DNA of 64,000 bases from Cycas panzhihuaensis (taxonomy: Eukaryota; Plantae; Cycadophyta): contig CM041465.1 in NCBI GenBank assembly GCA_023213395.1, forward strand, positions 83,707,741 to 83,771,740, read 5' to 3'. Positions 12,227-25,797 of the stretch are shown here, one piece after another. Position 1 is the stretch's first letter. Every line of letters starts with the position of its first letter. A program made the position numbers and the translations under genes. The notes beneath the pieces were generated by a model. It saw only the letters and a list, made by a program, of their open reading frames with translations. It was not told the DNA's origin and searched no databases.

Positions 12227-15007
12227 TACCTATGGGGTAGTAACCACACTTGGTTGAGGTTCGATCAATCAATGAAGAATCTCAAAAATAAGGATCAACT
12301 CGACAAGTGGAGGAGATCACCTGCAAAGGGCATCTGCACATTAGAACTCAGGTTTGGGACCTATAAATGGCACACAACTCCTTTTTGGGTAACTCAACTT
12401 TGGTTTGGAGGGTGGAAGAAAGGAGGGATATCCTCGGTTTCTTGAGTAACCTCAAGGGATAGGCCCTTCTGTCCTTGGATGGTTGAAGGAGGGAGGTGAA
12501 ATAAAGCAAGGGAATAGCTCCTCACATAGGATAAAGGGGGGCTCCTTCAAAAGAAAAGAAAGGACACATGAATGAAAGCATGCTCATTTACTCATTAATA
12601 CAATATCCTCACTCTCCTTTATTTTCAAATGCAAGAAAGTAGAGAACTAGTCATGAGATTGCAAGGCACGTGCAAGGGATGTTAGCCTAGGTGGAAGCAC
12701 ATGCAACAAACAAGAATGCAAATAAAGATGGCTTCTACTTAATGCACTTTCCTGAATAGGCAAGCAAATAAAGTACATGCAAGCAATGTATGCAAGTTCT
12801 CTTTTTTTCTTTTCCCTTTATGTGTTATGCATGTAGGTAAACAAGCTTAAACAAGAGAGTAAGTGAAAAAAAGAGAATAAGTAGCGTACTTGGAGAACCG
12901 TGTGGTTGGAGAAGCTCTTCCCCTTTGTCGCATTTGCCTTCCTCTTACTCTTCTCAGACACGAGCTATCTGATGTGGTGATGCTTAGGGACTTCCTTACC
13001 TTCCCCAAGTTTGAATGAAAAAAAGCAGAAAGGAAAGAAGGAAAGAACTATGCAAAAGACTCAAAGGTAATATCAGAGAGAAGGGGCAAGAACACACATG
13101 GGTTGATGCACTTCCTTCCTTCTCCATATGCAATGAAGAGGAGACCTGCAATCAAATGATGTTTCCCCTTCCCACGAGGCTACTAGGGTACAAAATATAT
13201 GTGTACATGAAATATATAAAATAAGGCAAAGCAAGTTTCCTTAACCAAAAGAGACTTTTGCATTCAAAAAATAATCTTCAACACCTCTTTATGTAAGAAA
13301 GACAAGAAAGGAAAGAGGGGGGTGGTTTGTCTTGGAATGGCTACCCTTCCAAAATCATAAACATCCATGCTACCAAAGCACAAATGCAGTAAGTAAAGAT
13401 GGTATGATAAAGGATAGATATATGGGTGATAGGTTACAACAAAGTTGTAAATGCTGCTAATATTGCAAAAGTTACAATATGCAACTTTTGCAACTTTTAA
13501 CTAATCTAACACCCAAAGATAGGTAAGGTTTGACTAGGGGCTACAATTCATGCCTATGTGAGGCTTACAAAGCTAGAAGCAAGTGTAACAATGGGCTGCA
13601 TACGCTGCTGTCAATGGTGACCTCTCTTCTAGAAGCTCTTTGGTAACCCAAGGGAAGCATAGAGGAGAAAGAGGAAAGGGGAGAAGGGGGCTTCCTTTGA
13701 GGAGAAGGCTAGCTAGGTTATGGAACCCGCCTTAGCTCCTTTCACTCACCCTTTTGAGACCTCTTCCTCGCTACCTCCTTGGAGAAACCAAGGAAGAGCT
13801 AGAAGGAATGATAGATAGACAAGAAAAGAGGAGGGTTTGCCTCCTATGTGTAATAGGAAAACTGAGAGATGGGGGCATTATAGGGTATTCAAACCACTTT
13901 TCAATAATCCAAAGGGAGCAAAGTGAAATAAAGGAGAAGGAATACCTAGTATGGGTAGATTAGGAGTAGATCTACTTGAGAGAATAGGGAAGAAGGGTAA
14001 CCCTATAAGGTTTGCAGGTGAAACCCTATAGAGGCTGCAAGACCTAAAGACAAGTGTGATAGTTATGCTTGGAGGTAAGATCAGAGCATATCTTTCCTTA
14101 AGGCTGCCTTGCTTCAGGCCTACTGCTATGGATCTATAGCTGCAAAGAGCTAATCTCAGGCTAGAGAGCTGCTATACTAGGTGTTGCAGGGTGCTTCTAT
14201 AGGGAGCTATGAGGAATAAGTGAGAGAGAGCGTGTTTTTTTTTAGCATGGAGGAGACAGAAATGAGGGTCTTTTTGGGTGTTAAACCCAACCCTAGATCA
14301 ACCGAGTGATTAGGGTTCAGTTGAGGTTGAGAATACACCTCTACCACATGGTAATTTTGTAATAAATGTAAAATTTACCATGGTAGATTTTAAGAAATAA
14401 TGTATAACAATCATCCTATGGTAAACTTCATGGTACTACGAAGTTTGTAGTGGTACCATGATCTTTACTGCATTGTAACATCAACATAGGCAAAAATAAA
14501 ATAAAGAAGAGGTTGGAAGCCTAAAAGGGAGGTACTTTAGGCATAAGGGGGCATGACACTCTATCCAAGTAGTAGGAGACAATCATGGGGCCAAAGAGAC
14601 CTGTGCTGGGTGAAGTACCAAAGGCAAGAAGTTCCCAAAAAGTCAGTAAATAAATGAGGAAATGCCAATCGTACTTAGGTGAGGTGCTAGAGGTTAAGGA
14701 ATGTTAATAGAATAATGAGCAGATCACAAGGGCTGATCTATGTTTGGGATGATGTAGAGATGTGTAGGAGGGTTATGGAGTGCTATGGGATCCATGTCCC
14801 TAAATTATCATAGGATGAAATGATATCATGTAGCATGATCAAGCAGTGGATGCATAATGGTCGTGCAAATGAACCAGTCAATCATGCAATGAAAACAAGG
14901 AGGTGCTTCAATTTACCTTTCTTAAATTGACCAAGGCAAAGGATAGAAGCATACCTACACTTACTTAAGTCAACTCATCCATACCCATTCTTGGTAGCCT
15001 AGAAACA
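12227..15007 (-). mobile_element. Element E: ~2.8-kb solo LTR (Tat/Ogre-like group) splitting the 3' LTR of D
   Basis: D LTR breaks after aaaaaaccca (12226) and resumes at cccacc (15008), with CCCA duplicated. Right end ccattcttggtagcctagaaaca resembles the C LTR end ccattctcagtagctaggaaata. No coding motifs. Confidence 0.8.
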
Positions 15008-15344
15008 CCCACCAAAAAAGGATCCTTGATGGATCATTTGATTATTACACAATGAATACTTGGATGTTGAATATACAAGGCCTTAAGGCATTTATACTCT
15101 CCAAGAGGTATCACCTTATTAGGGTTGTGACCCTTTGAATAAGTCGCACCTTTTTGGCTTTGTACCCTTTCACTTAATTAAACCACATTAACATTAACTA
15201 AGTGGCTTAATAATTAACTACCACATTAACATCCCCCCTTAATGTGAATGTGGGGAACCTGCAACATATAGTAGTTGAGTTATCACGAAGGCTAGGATTA
15301 TCTGACAACTTCTTTATCCTTGTCGATACATCCCCCCTCAAGGA

Positions 15345-18300
15345 TAATATCGGTGAGTCCTAATCTGGTGTGCATCTTCATGAAGTAATCTTCAGTGAGT
15401 GGCTTAGTGAACATGTCCATAAGCTATAATTCACTCAGATAGTAGTTGACCTGCAACTTTTTTGACTTGATCTGTTCATGAATGTAATGGTATTGAATCT
15501 CGATATGCTTTGTACATGCATGAAACTCTAGATTCTTCGGTAGGTGAATGGTACTTTGATTATCAACAAAGAGAATCAGATGTCCATTAGAAACACCAAG
15601 AAATTCTAAGAGAGCTTACAACCATACTGCTTCCTTCACACTAGTACTTAGTCCTTGATATTCTACTTCTATAGAAGATAGCACCACTGTTTGCTACTTC
15701 TTTGACTGCCACGAAACAAATCCATTGCCAATACTAAATAGGTATCCATCAGTGGACTTTCGATCATCAGAATCTCCTCCCTAATCAGTATTTGCATAAC
15801 CATGCAACCTGATCTTCTCACCTTTGTGGTATTCATGACCAAGATTGATTTTCCCCTTCAAATATTTTAGAATCCACTTTGATGCCACCAAATGAAGCTC
15901 CTAAGGATTTTGCATGTAGCGAGAAACCAATCCAATAGTGTATATGATATCTAGCCTAGTATGAGTCAAATAGATGAAACTCCTTACTAACTAGTGATAC
16001 TTAGTGCCATCTACAGAAGGGGGGCATGTCCTTCTACAATCTTACATCTTTTACACATGGTGTTGCAATAGGTTTGTAGTGCTTCATTCCAAATCTCTCC
16101 AATAAGTTCTTTACATACTGTGATTGCAACAACATGATCCTATCTTCCATCTGCTTGATCTGAATACCCAAGAAATAGTGAATTTCTTTAAGATTCGTCA
16201 TGTCAAAAGAAGCTCCTAAATTGGATTTGACTTTGGTTATAGCCTTGCCATGATTACTATCGATGATTAGATTATCCGTATACACCACGTAAGTAACTAC
16301 GGAAGTCCCTCTTCTCTTCACATACAGGTTTAGGTTGAGTTCTAAAATTTCAAAACCTTTAGCTTTTAACTTGGCATCCATCTTCTCATACCAAGAACGT
16401 GGTGCTTATTTCAGGCCATAGATTGACTTTTTTAAATGGCAAACAAGATGCTCTTAGTAACCCTTAATGAATCCCAGAGGCTACGACATGTATATCTCCT
16501 CCTTTAGATTCCCATTAAGGAATACAGACTTAACATCCATCTGGTGTAACTTCTAATTTAACGTAGCAACTAAGGAAATGAGTAAGTAGACTATTTCCAT
16601 TCTGGAGACTAGTGCAAATGTCTCCTCATAGTCAATTCCTTCTTTCTACTTGAATCCCTATGCAATAAGTCTAGCCTTGTATTTATCCACCTCTCCATTG
16701 GAGCTAAACTTTATCTTATAGACCCACTTGCATCCTATAAGGTTCTTCAATAGAGGGAGTAGGACCAAATCCCACGTATCGTTCTTCATCAAAGAACCAT
16801 ACTCTTCCTCCATTGCAGCTCTTCATCATGGATCTCCTTTCACTTCAGCAAACAAATTAGGATCATTGGAGTCATTGGTGTCTACCAGCAGAGTTTGACT
16901 AGCATGTTGATTTCTAGTTCGTTTATCATAAGTTAGGGTTTGCATTGTCACACCGAAATCTTTAATAGTTTTTCTTGCCCATAAAGGTATAGAAAGACCC
17001 ATTACTGGAGGTACTTCAATTCATAGTGGATCCTCACTATTACTTATCCCACTTGGTCCTACTTTTCTAGGTGCTACAACAACTAGCTCATCGTCCTCTT
17101 CACTTGAAGAATCTGGGACTGGGAGAAGGGGAGGGTAAAAAGGTTCCTCTGATGATCTTTCAGCATGATACATCGATGACTCATCAAATGTAACATCCTA
17201 ACTAACCATAATATTTTACGCCTATAGATCCCCTAGTCTTTAGGCTTTGTTCTCCATGCAATACCTCATGAATATGCACTTTAGACTTTTTTGATCTAGC
17301 TTCTTTCGAGTACCATCTAGGATGTAGGTGTATGCAATACACCCAAATGTTCTTAAATGGATAATAGAAGGCTTCTGACTGGTTTATTTCTCTTCAAGGG
17401 TCATGTTGTAAACTACTTGAGAGTGTACCCTATTTAAAATATAAACAACAGTTGCCACAGCTTCTGCCCAAAACTTTGGTGGCAAGTTCTTAGCGTGCAC
17501 CATATACCTCACCATCTCTATCATGGTACGGTTCTTTCTTTTAGTAACTCCATTCTGTTGTGGGGTATATGGGACTGTAAACTCTTACTTTATACCATGG
17601 TTATGGCAGAATTAATTAAATACATGATTGTCATACTCCTTGCCATTATCACTCCGTAAAGATTTTATTTTGCAATCACATTCATTTTTAACCATCGCTT
17701 TCCATTCATGGAAGTGATTAAATACATATGACTTGTTCTTGAGAAAATAAACCCAGGATTTCTTGGTGTAATCATCAACAAACACAAGTGTATATCAGGC
17801 TCTCGATATCAAAAGGTTTGGGATTGGTCACATAATATCTGAGTGCACAAGGTCCAGCTTCTCCTTGGATCTCCAAGCATTATCCCAAGCAAAAGGATAG
17901 TGGTGATGCTTGCCATACATACACCCTTCGCATACACTGTCTAAGTAGGAAACTGACAACAGTCCTTCCACCATCTTTAACCTCTTCAGTAGTGCAATAC
18001 TCTTGTAATTAAAGTGCCTAAGGTGATTGTGCCATAATTTACTTTCATCATCCACATTGGCAATAAAAGCATAGGGCTTCTTCTGAGATTAAAATTTCTA
18101 AAATACCTAGAAGTTGTCTGTAACTTTCCTGGTAGCTATGATAGCAAAGTTCTATTTTGGGTCTTTTATCAGGCACTTATCATTATAGAGCTCCACTTTC
18201 ATACCTTGTTTACAGATCTCCCGAGTAGACAAAAGGTTCAACTACATCTTAGATACATAATATACCCTGGAATACTTACCTCTTGTAATAGAAACTTCAT

Positions 18301-19288
18301 CGATACCATCTACCGGCAATGCACGAGCATCTCTAAGAATGATCTCAGCACCACTTTGATTTGCATTCAGTGTATCAAAGTTCTACCTTTGGTAAGAGAT
18401 GTACTTCTACACTCTAAAATCTAGCACCCAATAGTCTCTTTGATTTGACTCAGTTGACAAGGATTGTGCTTAGATGCAATAAGAAGCAACACTCTTTCCT
18501 TGATCACCCTGGTTACCTTTGTGCTTGTCATGATGCTTGAACCAATAGTTCTTTTCACGATGACCATCCGTCTTGTAAGAATTGCACTTTCCATTAAACT
18601 TCTTCTTGTCTTGAGAGCTTTCTCCTAACCACTGTGTGAACTTCTCTTCCTTAGGGGCCTCCTTCCTCTAAGTTTTCATGGCCAAGGCCTGACTTGAACC
18701 AGAACCTCCAAGTAATCTATGATGTTTTAGCTTGGCATCCTTTGTTAGAATTAGGTTTTTAAGCCCATCAAAAGTTTCTACCTCCATCACTTCATCTTTA
18801 CCATAAATAGTCTAGAATGTGGCGAATACAGCTAGTAGCTTTGACATGATTATCGCAAACAAAAGTGTATCATTGATCGAGTTCTGCTTCAATTCTTCTA
18901 GCTTGTTCCTCAAGTCGGTTATTTTATTTAGGTAGGAGTCGATATTGTTCTTGTCTTTAACTTTTGAATTGGCTAGTTCCAACATCAGTGCAAGACGCCT
19001 ATTCATCTTCTTCTTCTCAAAAGTATCACATAACTTTGTCCAAATCTTGGCTGGGTCATCCAGATTGTGAACTAGTGCCCTCTGGTCCAATGCTAGTGAG
19101 AGTTTCACTAATCCAATGGCCATAAACTATTTTTCTTTAAGTTTGATATGCTCCTTATGGTCAAGTAGAACTAAAATAAGCTTCACCTTAGTGATTGCTC
19201 AGAGTTGGTTCACCATCAATATAAGCTCCATATTTGCCTTCCATTCACTGAAATTGTTACTATTAACCTTAGGCATGAGCTTCTCCAT
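15345..19288 (-). pseudogene. copia gag-pol pseudogene of D
   Basis: Start MEKLMPKVNSNNFSEWK; ORF 18812-19123 (gag); ORF 17828-18055 LWHNHLRH...CEGCMYGKHH...VHSDI (pre-integrase/HHCC); ORF 16034-16381 VVYTDNLII (RT); RNase H TKHIEIQYHYIHE. Confidence 0.95.
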
Positions 19289-20920
19289 CTCGAACAATGG
19301 GCTTTAATATGAATCACACGACACCATATGAATGTATTAAGGATAGAAATACACCCCTGTGTCCTTTAGTCTAAGAGCGATCCTTAGAGGCTTTAAAACA
19401 CTAATTATACTTGCAGACGTAGGTCACCGACTACTTCTTCCTCTAAATAGACCATGAACACCTTTAAATAGTACCAAAAAAGAGCATTAAGGCAAGTGAA
19501 ATGGTGCTCAAGGAACAAGGACAACTCCACAAGGTGAAGGTACACGTTCTCTAAGTTAGAAAATCATAAAAAATACCTCAATCCACACTCAAAATGGCTC
19601 AAAGATGCTTTCAATACGATCAAAGTACTTCACCTTAGGTAAATATAACCAAGTATCAATGGTCCAAGGGCCTTTTATAAAGTTGAATTATAAAAAGAAT
19701 ATACTAGAGGGTATATTCCAATAATTGTAACTTTATATGATCAACCACACCGCATCACTTAACCCACGTGCTTTATTTCTTTATTATATCATCTTAACAA
19801 TATTACTAAGGTCTTAACTTAGTAAATATCATAAAAAAGATGATACATAAATTTCCACTATGTGATTCCAAAGGATGCAGCTACCGTAACTCAAAATTAG
19901 ATTACACATCATATACGGACTAACACATTAAACCAAAGGCCTGCACTTATAGTACAATTGGTATATGGATAGATCTAAGCCCTAACTACTTCATATAAGA
20001 GCCCACCACATGGATAATAGCCACTGTAATACATACATGGATTACGCCCTTCATATTACCAATGAAGAAGGTTATGGGTACAAACTCCTTTAGTATGGCT
20101 AGTAAATAGTTCGTACAGGGCCCAACCACCTCCTAAACACACCTAGCTAAGAGAAATAGTGACTAGCCAAGATGATAAGTGCCCAGACAGGGTGAATAGT
20201 ACCTATCTAACAAAAATCAACTTAGATTTGATGAAAATAGCCCAACCAACTTTTAGAGGTGATAAAATAGACTAAGGTTTGTTGATATGTATCTGGCCAG
20301 CCTCTAAATGGATGTTTTAAGCTCTATATATGCATATGAGTCTCTAAAATCCTCATAAATATAGAAAAATAAAAATAAAAATAGCCTTTTACTACTATAA
20401 ACTTCAACCCAACACTTATATTTAGACAGAAAACTTCCAATACGGGCTTTAATCATGTCTATTAGTGCTTACATGAAGGTTTTTTAATAAGTAGCACAAA
20501 AAAATGACCCCTTTTTTATCGATTTTTATGATATTTTGATGAGGAATATAGTAAACTTAGATGTACACATGCTTGGTTATCCTTAAAGTCATTGAGTCAC
20601 CATTAGTGCATGCTCTGTAGGCATCAATCTCTATAATAGATCTTCAACCAGCTTCAAATGCCACCCAACGAGCTAACTCCAACCACGATCGTGGTCTTCA
20701 CGCCTGATTATTGACTTCAAAAATCCTTATCTTCTATTGAATAGTAAATATCATTGCTCCAACAACCATTTATTTTTTGTGCCTATTTCTGCACGATGCT
20801 GGGGTTGATGGACCCTCAAGACTCATCTTGGGTCAAATGGTGTCACCCAGCAACCAATGATCCCACCACCCCACTCACCCTCAAACTTTAGTTGTGCAGG
20901 ACCCCATGGCTCTAATACCA

Positions 20921-21282
20921 TGTTCAAGAACATGAAATCATATACAAATGTTCCCATACCCGAGATCTTTAACCATACACAACAAACAACAAATATAAAA
21001 CATAGAAAATAGGTGCACAGTACACAATATATATGTGGGAAATCCTTTCAGGAAAAAACCCACCACAAAAGGATCCTTGATAGATCACTTGATTAATACA
21101 CAATGAATACTTGGATGTTGAATATACAAGGCCTCAAGGCATTTATACTCTTCAAGAGGTGTCACTTGATTAGGGTTGTGACCCTCTGAATAAGTCGTAC
21201 CTTTTTGGCTTCGCACCCTTTCACTTAATTAAACCACATTAGCATTAACTAAGTGGCTTAAGAATTAACTATTATGTTAACA
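20921..21282 (-). repeat. 5' LTR of D (362 bp)
   Basis: tgttcaagaa...tgttaaca; closely matches the split 3' LTR; abuts the PBS gctctaatacca. Confidence 0.95.
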
Positions 21283-22209
21283 AGAATGATGATAATGATT
21301 TCAAATTTTTGGATTTTTATTTCTTTAGAGAGGCCTCAAGGCTGTTAGGGCTCAGCCTAGGCGAGTCCCAAGGTAGGGTAGTGCATCATCTAGGCATAAT
21401 TGCCAAATTAGCCATTTCTAGTTGTAATAATTTCTAGCTGCAATAAACAACATAATAGTCACACTGTGAACTTATTCGTGACACAATTAATATATTAGTT
21501 GTACATAATAATCAAAGTAGGGTAGACAGAAATGGCAACAAGGTGACAGTAGAAACAAAAAATAATGAAAAAAAATAATAAAAGGTGAGAAAAAGGGGAG
21601 TAAACCCTAATATCATCCTAGGACTTCTCCCTAGAGGACTATACACTAACCTAAGTTCATTCTACATGCTATAATCTTACAAAACCATATGACAAAGTCA
21701 CTTAATAGGGATGAAACCTCAAGAAAATAGTGAAAATTGAGATGCTAGAATATAAAGGGGTGTTAGGCAGTGGATCCTGATGAGGCACAAGGAGAGATCA
21801 AGCGATGAGCAAGAAATGCAGGGGGGGTGGGGGAACTACCTACCTACTAAAACTCTTGGTAAACCACCTTAGATGGATCGAGGGATAGATGAGGTAGAGA
21901 GGAAAGAGGTAGGTATAATGAAGTAGATCAAGGTGTACATAAGTTGGGTTGTGGAGGCCCAAGAGTACCTATAGCTAGAAGGGAGATCACCTATGAACTA
22001 TTTTACCATTGGACTGAAGTCCTAGTCATCATAAGTAGATGTCATACATAGGCAAGATGATCAAGCAAACCAATTAAGCACTCAAGCAACTATATGAACA
22101 TCATATACCAAAATAGCTGGAGGAACATGATAGAGTGCTAGAGATAGAATATATACCTAACCATACCTATGTGATGGTGTTCTGATCCATTCTCAGTAGC
22201 TAGGAAATA

Positions 22210-23827
22210 GGTGTGGAAAAGGCTTTGTCCCATTTGTAGTAATATTTTTATTCATAAAATATAAAACAAGATGTAAGCCAACAACTTAAATCGTATGCCT
22301 CATGTACTACTTCAAATCCTTTAAATGTAAGACAAGGCAAGTACATATCATCAATGGTACGAACAAGGCCATGGGAGTCAATCTCTATGGATTTTATTGG
22401 AAGGTTGTTTATAATATAAAGGCAACATAATTATCTACTTCTAGTTGATACTAGGGTTCAATAAGATATAATATACCTTTTAGTTGAGATTTTTTTTTAG
22501 GATAAATACAAGTTAGGTGAAAAAACGTGTACTTTTTTTTTTTTGGATTCTCCTTTTTTTTTTCTTTGCATAAAGAATACTTGTAAGGGTTCTAACTGTA
22601 AAAACCTATTATTTATCAAAGTAAGCATACTGATGATAGGTACTCAAATTGCTAATATTAGACAAAACTTAATGTTAAGATTGTATACTTGTTTCAAGGT
22701 TTATCTAGTCTATAAGCTCTTTGATATACTTCTTAGCCATTGATAGTGAACCAACACAATATCTTAGGGCATTAACTACAAAGGATTATTCTACCTATAG
22801 TTGCATTATTCATCTTTGAGGTTTAGATGGAAAGTGACTTCCTACTACTAACCACTATTTAATGCACTACAAGTTATAGATAACTGATAGGTTTCATATA
22901 CTAAGGCTTCAAGCAATCCTAAATGGGTCTTTTGATATATCTAAGGGTACGTGGAGGCTTTATTCCATATATAAATGCTATCTAAGGTCTGTGTATCAAG
23001 GAGGATATCACCTCACTTAGTGTGTTGATTTATCCCAAAACATACTTAGCCAATAATGGCAATCTTTTTGTGAATTTTTGAAAACCCTTAGAACATGGTT
23101 TCTAATTTATATCACTATTGTAGAAAAATGGAAAAGAAAAAAACTTGTTGCTTTTTTAGAGGAAATGACCCTGCTTTTTCCCTTGTTGTTATGAATGATG
23201 TCCCTCAAACCTTACTTTGATACCACTTCAAGTAAACTCACTTCATATTTCTCTATAATATTTAGCACAAAATAGAAGAAGAGCATAAATGAAATATAAT
23301 AGTGAGACAAATTTACTAATATTTACAATAAAAAAAATGATTACATAAATATAAGCACTAAGAAAACTAATTATAAAATACTAATGCAACATAATAATGA
23401 TACCTTTAACATTCAATGAGGCCTTATATAGATAAAGGAGGTCTGATGCATGAATTCTATTAGTGAGAGTAAGAACTATAACTAATAGTCAAGTCCTAGA
23501 GTCATATGTATTAGTGGTTAGGTGCCATGGTAAGAGGTAACTATGTAATAAAATCATTATAACAACTAATTTGGTTAGGGATGTAATCCTTTTTGGGTAA
23601 GCATCATTTAGATGAATATCCACATGATATTTCCTGGATATTACAAATATAAACCTACCTATTCTCTCATAAGAGAGATTGATAAGATCCAAAGGGCTCT
23701 TATCGTGTTACTCATTAACTCCTATGCTTTATGACTTTAGTTGTCATGCATTATAGTTAGCTCTCAATTTAGAAGGAATGACTCTTGTGATTTCTCCTAG
23801 TAATTGTCCTTACTTATAGATGTATCA
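22210..23827 (-). mobile_element. Element M: 5' LTR (~23228-23827), Met-PBS and gag remnant of a probable Ty3/gypsy element; apparent host of C
   Basis: actttgatacca at 23214-23225 (TGGTATCAAAGT on minus strand); decayed gag-like reading in 22210-23140; candidate LTR start TGATACA at 23827 (boundary uncertain). Confidence 0.55.
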
Positions 23828-23829
23828 CT

Positions 23830-25661
23830 TTTTCTCCTTATTATTCCTGATCTCCTCCCAAAGCTCTACACCCTATTTGAGCATCATGTCTTCATCATCT
23901 ATATCACCTCCATATGTAGTTAGTTATTCATCATAAGGGGGATATAGGGGGAATAGAGTTAGAGACAATCATATACATATCCTAAATCATATACAACATA
24001 TTTGTATACATATCTAACTATGGTAAAAAATATATGTATAATGGTCTAGTGTTGTCTTAAGGCTTTTGTAAGTTCCCATAATGCTTTGAAGAGATATAAT
24101 AATCACTCCCCTTACTTATAAATTAGATAGATACATTTCCTCCTTGCATCTTACTCCCTCTCCATGGCCCTTAGTGCCCATCATTATAAGTGTTCTATGA
24201 TGCACTAGGCCCATCATATTTCCCACCTCTATGACCTCTTTTGTTGTATGTCTAATCTTTGAACCCTTTGATATAAGCAGCCAACCACTTGATTCTTGTA
24301 ACATCCTCATCTTTAACACTTTATCCTCCTCCAAAGGTGAGATCATGGCTTGTTGGTTAGCCATTCATGTCTTTAGCTTCCTTGCCCTTTCACCTAGGCC
24401 TTGATAAATCTATTGTACCATGTACATGGATGGTGGGTGAGCTCTCTCCTCTCTATACCTCCTTGTCTCCTTCACACCCCATAGTGGTGGTTAGTTAGGA
24501 CCATGGGTGAATGAAAGTATCGAATCCAAACTCTCTTGTATGGATTCTTAACTAACAATGTCTCCTCTTATACACAATACATATTAGTCCTAGACCAACT
24601 AATAATAGTAAAATTAAATAGTGAGTAAATTACATAATTGATTAAAAGGTTCAGAGTGTGCTTACCTGCCATATCATCACCTTTATATGTATCATTACCA
24701 CCTCCTCCTTTTGCCTTTAGTTCTTCAACCTATGACAACACCACATTATTGTAAACCTTAACCTTGTATTATCATGGGCTATGTGTTAGCTCACCCTATC
24801 TTGCATCTTATCTACCTCCATTATTTCCTTTACCATTTAATACATATGCTATTTTGGCATATGGACCTTTGGTAAACTTTGTCAATATTAATGTATCCAA
24901 TGTTGATGCTCCCATTATTCTCACCCTACCTTATTTAAGGTCTTTCCTTCATGATCTTATCCTTCACCTATTTATAACCAACTCATCTACTCCTAAGTCC
25001 TTCATTACTCAATGAGGTTATACATTGCTAAAGTGATCAAATAACCATATTAACAAGATAGAATAATAAGAGAAACCTCCCCTACCTTATTGCCTAATAC
25101 CTATCAATTAATCATCATTATCGAACTACTAGTGAGGCCTAATCAAATCTAATCCCTTACTCATACTACTAGATGATTAGGGTCCATCCATCCAAAATAT
25201 TGATATATTTTTATTGTTAACTATCCAAAAGAGTATAACTATAGTAATCACTCATTCTGTTAATTGAACCCCTTTCAGCCCATGCAATGCTTGTATGTCT
25301 ACCCTATTATGGACCCAAATATTTAGTAAGTAAGTCAAGTAGGTGCTTGCTTGGCTTCATTACCTATCAAATGGAATAGGAGCCATCTTCACCTTCCTTC
25401 CTCTACATGAGACCCCTGGTATCTTCCTCATGTTAGCTAGGGTGTTCCATAGGTCTTTATACCCTTTAAATCTAAACACCTTAGCCCCTAACATCCATAG
25501 CTAATCAAGCTGGTTAATAGTATTGTATCTATCACCAAAGTATAATATGCTTGTACCACTTCACATCTTTGTAATATTACTCTTTCTTCATCTATTAACC
25601 TATCTTTAATCTCCTAAATCATTTATCCATCATTATTTCTTGATGAGATGTAGGTCAATCT
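23830..25661 (-). pseudogene. Decayed, intron-containing plant mobile domain (PMD, aminotransferase-like; MAIN/MAIL family domain) gene
   Basis: Manual minus-strand translation through stops and frameshifts gives, in PMD order: IDTILLTSLI..W..AKVFRFKG..DLWNTLANMRKIPGVSCRGRKV; FD*ASLVV; ILLIWLFDHF; LDTLILTKFTKGPY; LICI...REFGFDTFIHP; TWYNR. Acceptor AG at 25662-25663, GT-AG intron 24599-24665, further GTAAG donor at 24115. Confidence 0.72.
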
Positions 25662-25797
25662 CTATAAGTAAAAAAAATAAAGAACCATTAGTGCGTATAC
25701 ATATAATTAAGTAAATCCTATTTCATTAAAAAATTCTCTTTAAAACCACTATTTTTTCCTCTTTTTCTATCCTATTTTGAAGATTTATAGTGTTGTA

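Larger units (their letters stand above)
12085..21282 (-). mobile_element. Element D: full-length Ty1/copia with both LTRs and 5-bp TSD AGAAT, inserted in the 5' LTR of C
   Basis: TSD agaat at 12080-12084 and 21283-21287; 5' LTR 20921-21282 (TG...CA); 3' LTR 12085-12226 plus 15008-15231; PBS 20909-20920; PPT 15232-15241. Confidence 0.95.
5574..22209 (-). mobile_element. Element C: Tat/Ogre-like Ty3/gypsy (5' LTR ~3.2 kb split by D, PBS, gag, protease); interrupted upstream of RT by B
   Basis: Degenerate PBS 9758-9775; LTR 9777-12084 plus 21283-22209; gag and protease homologous to element K; LTR terminus similar to solo LTRs E and I. Confidence 0.8.
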
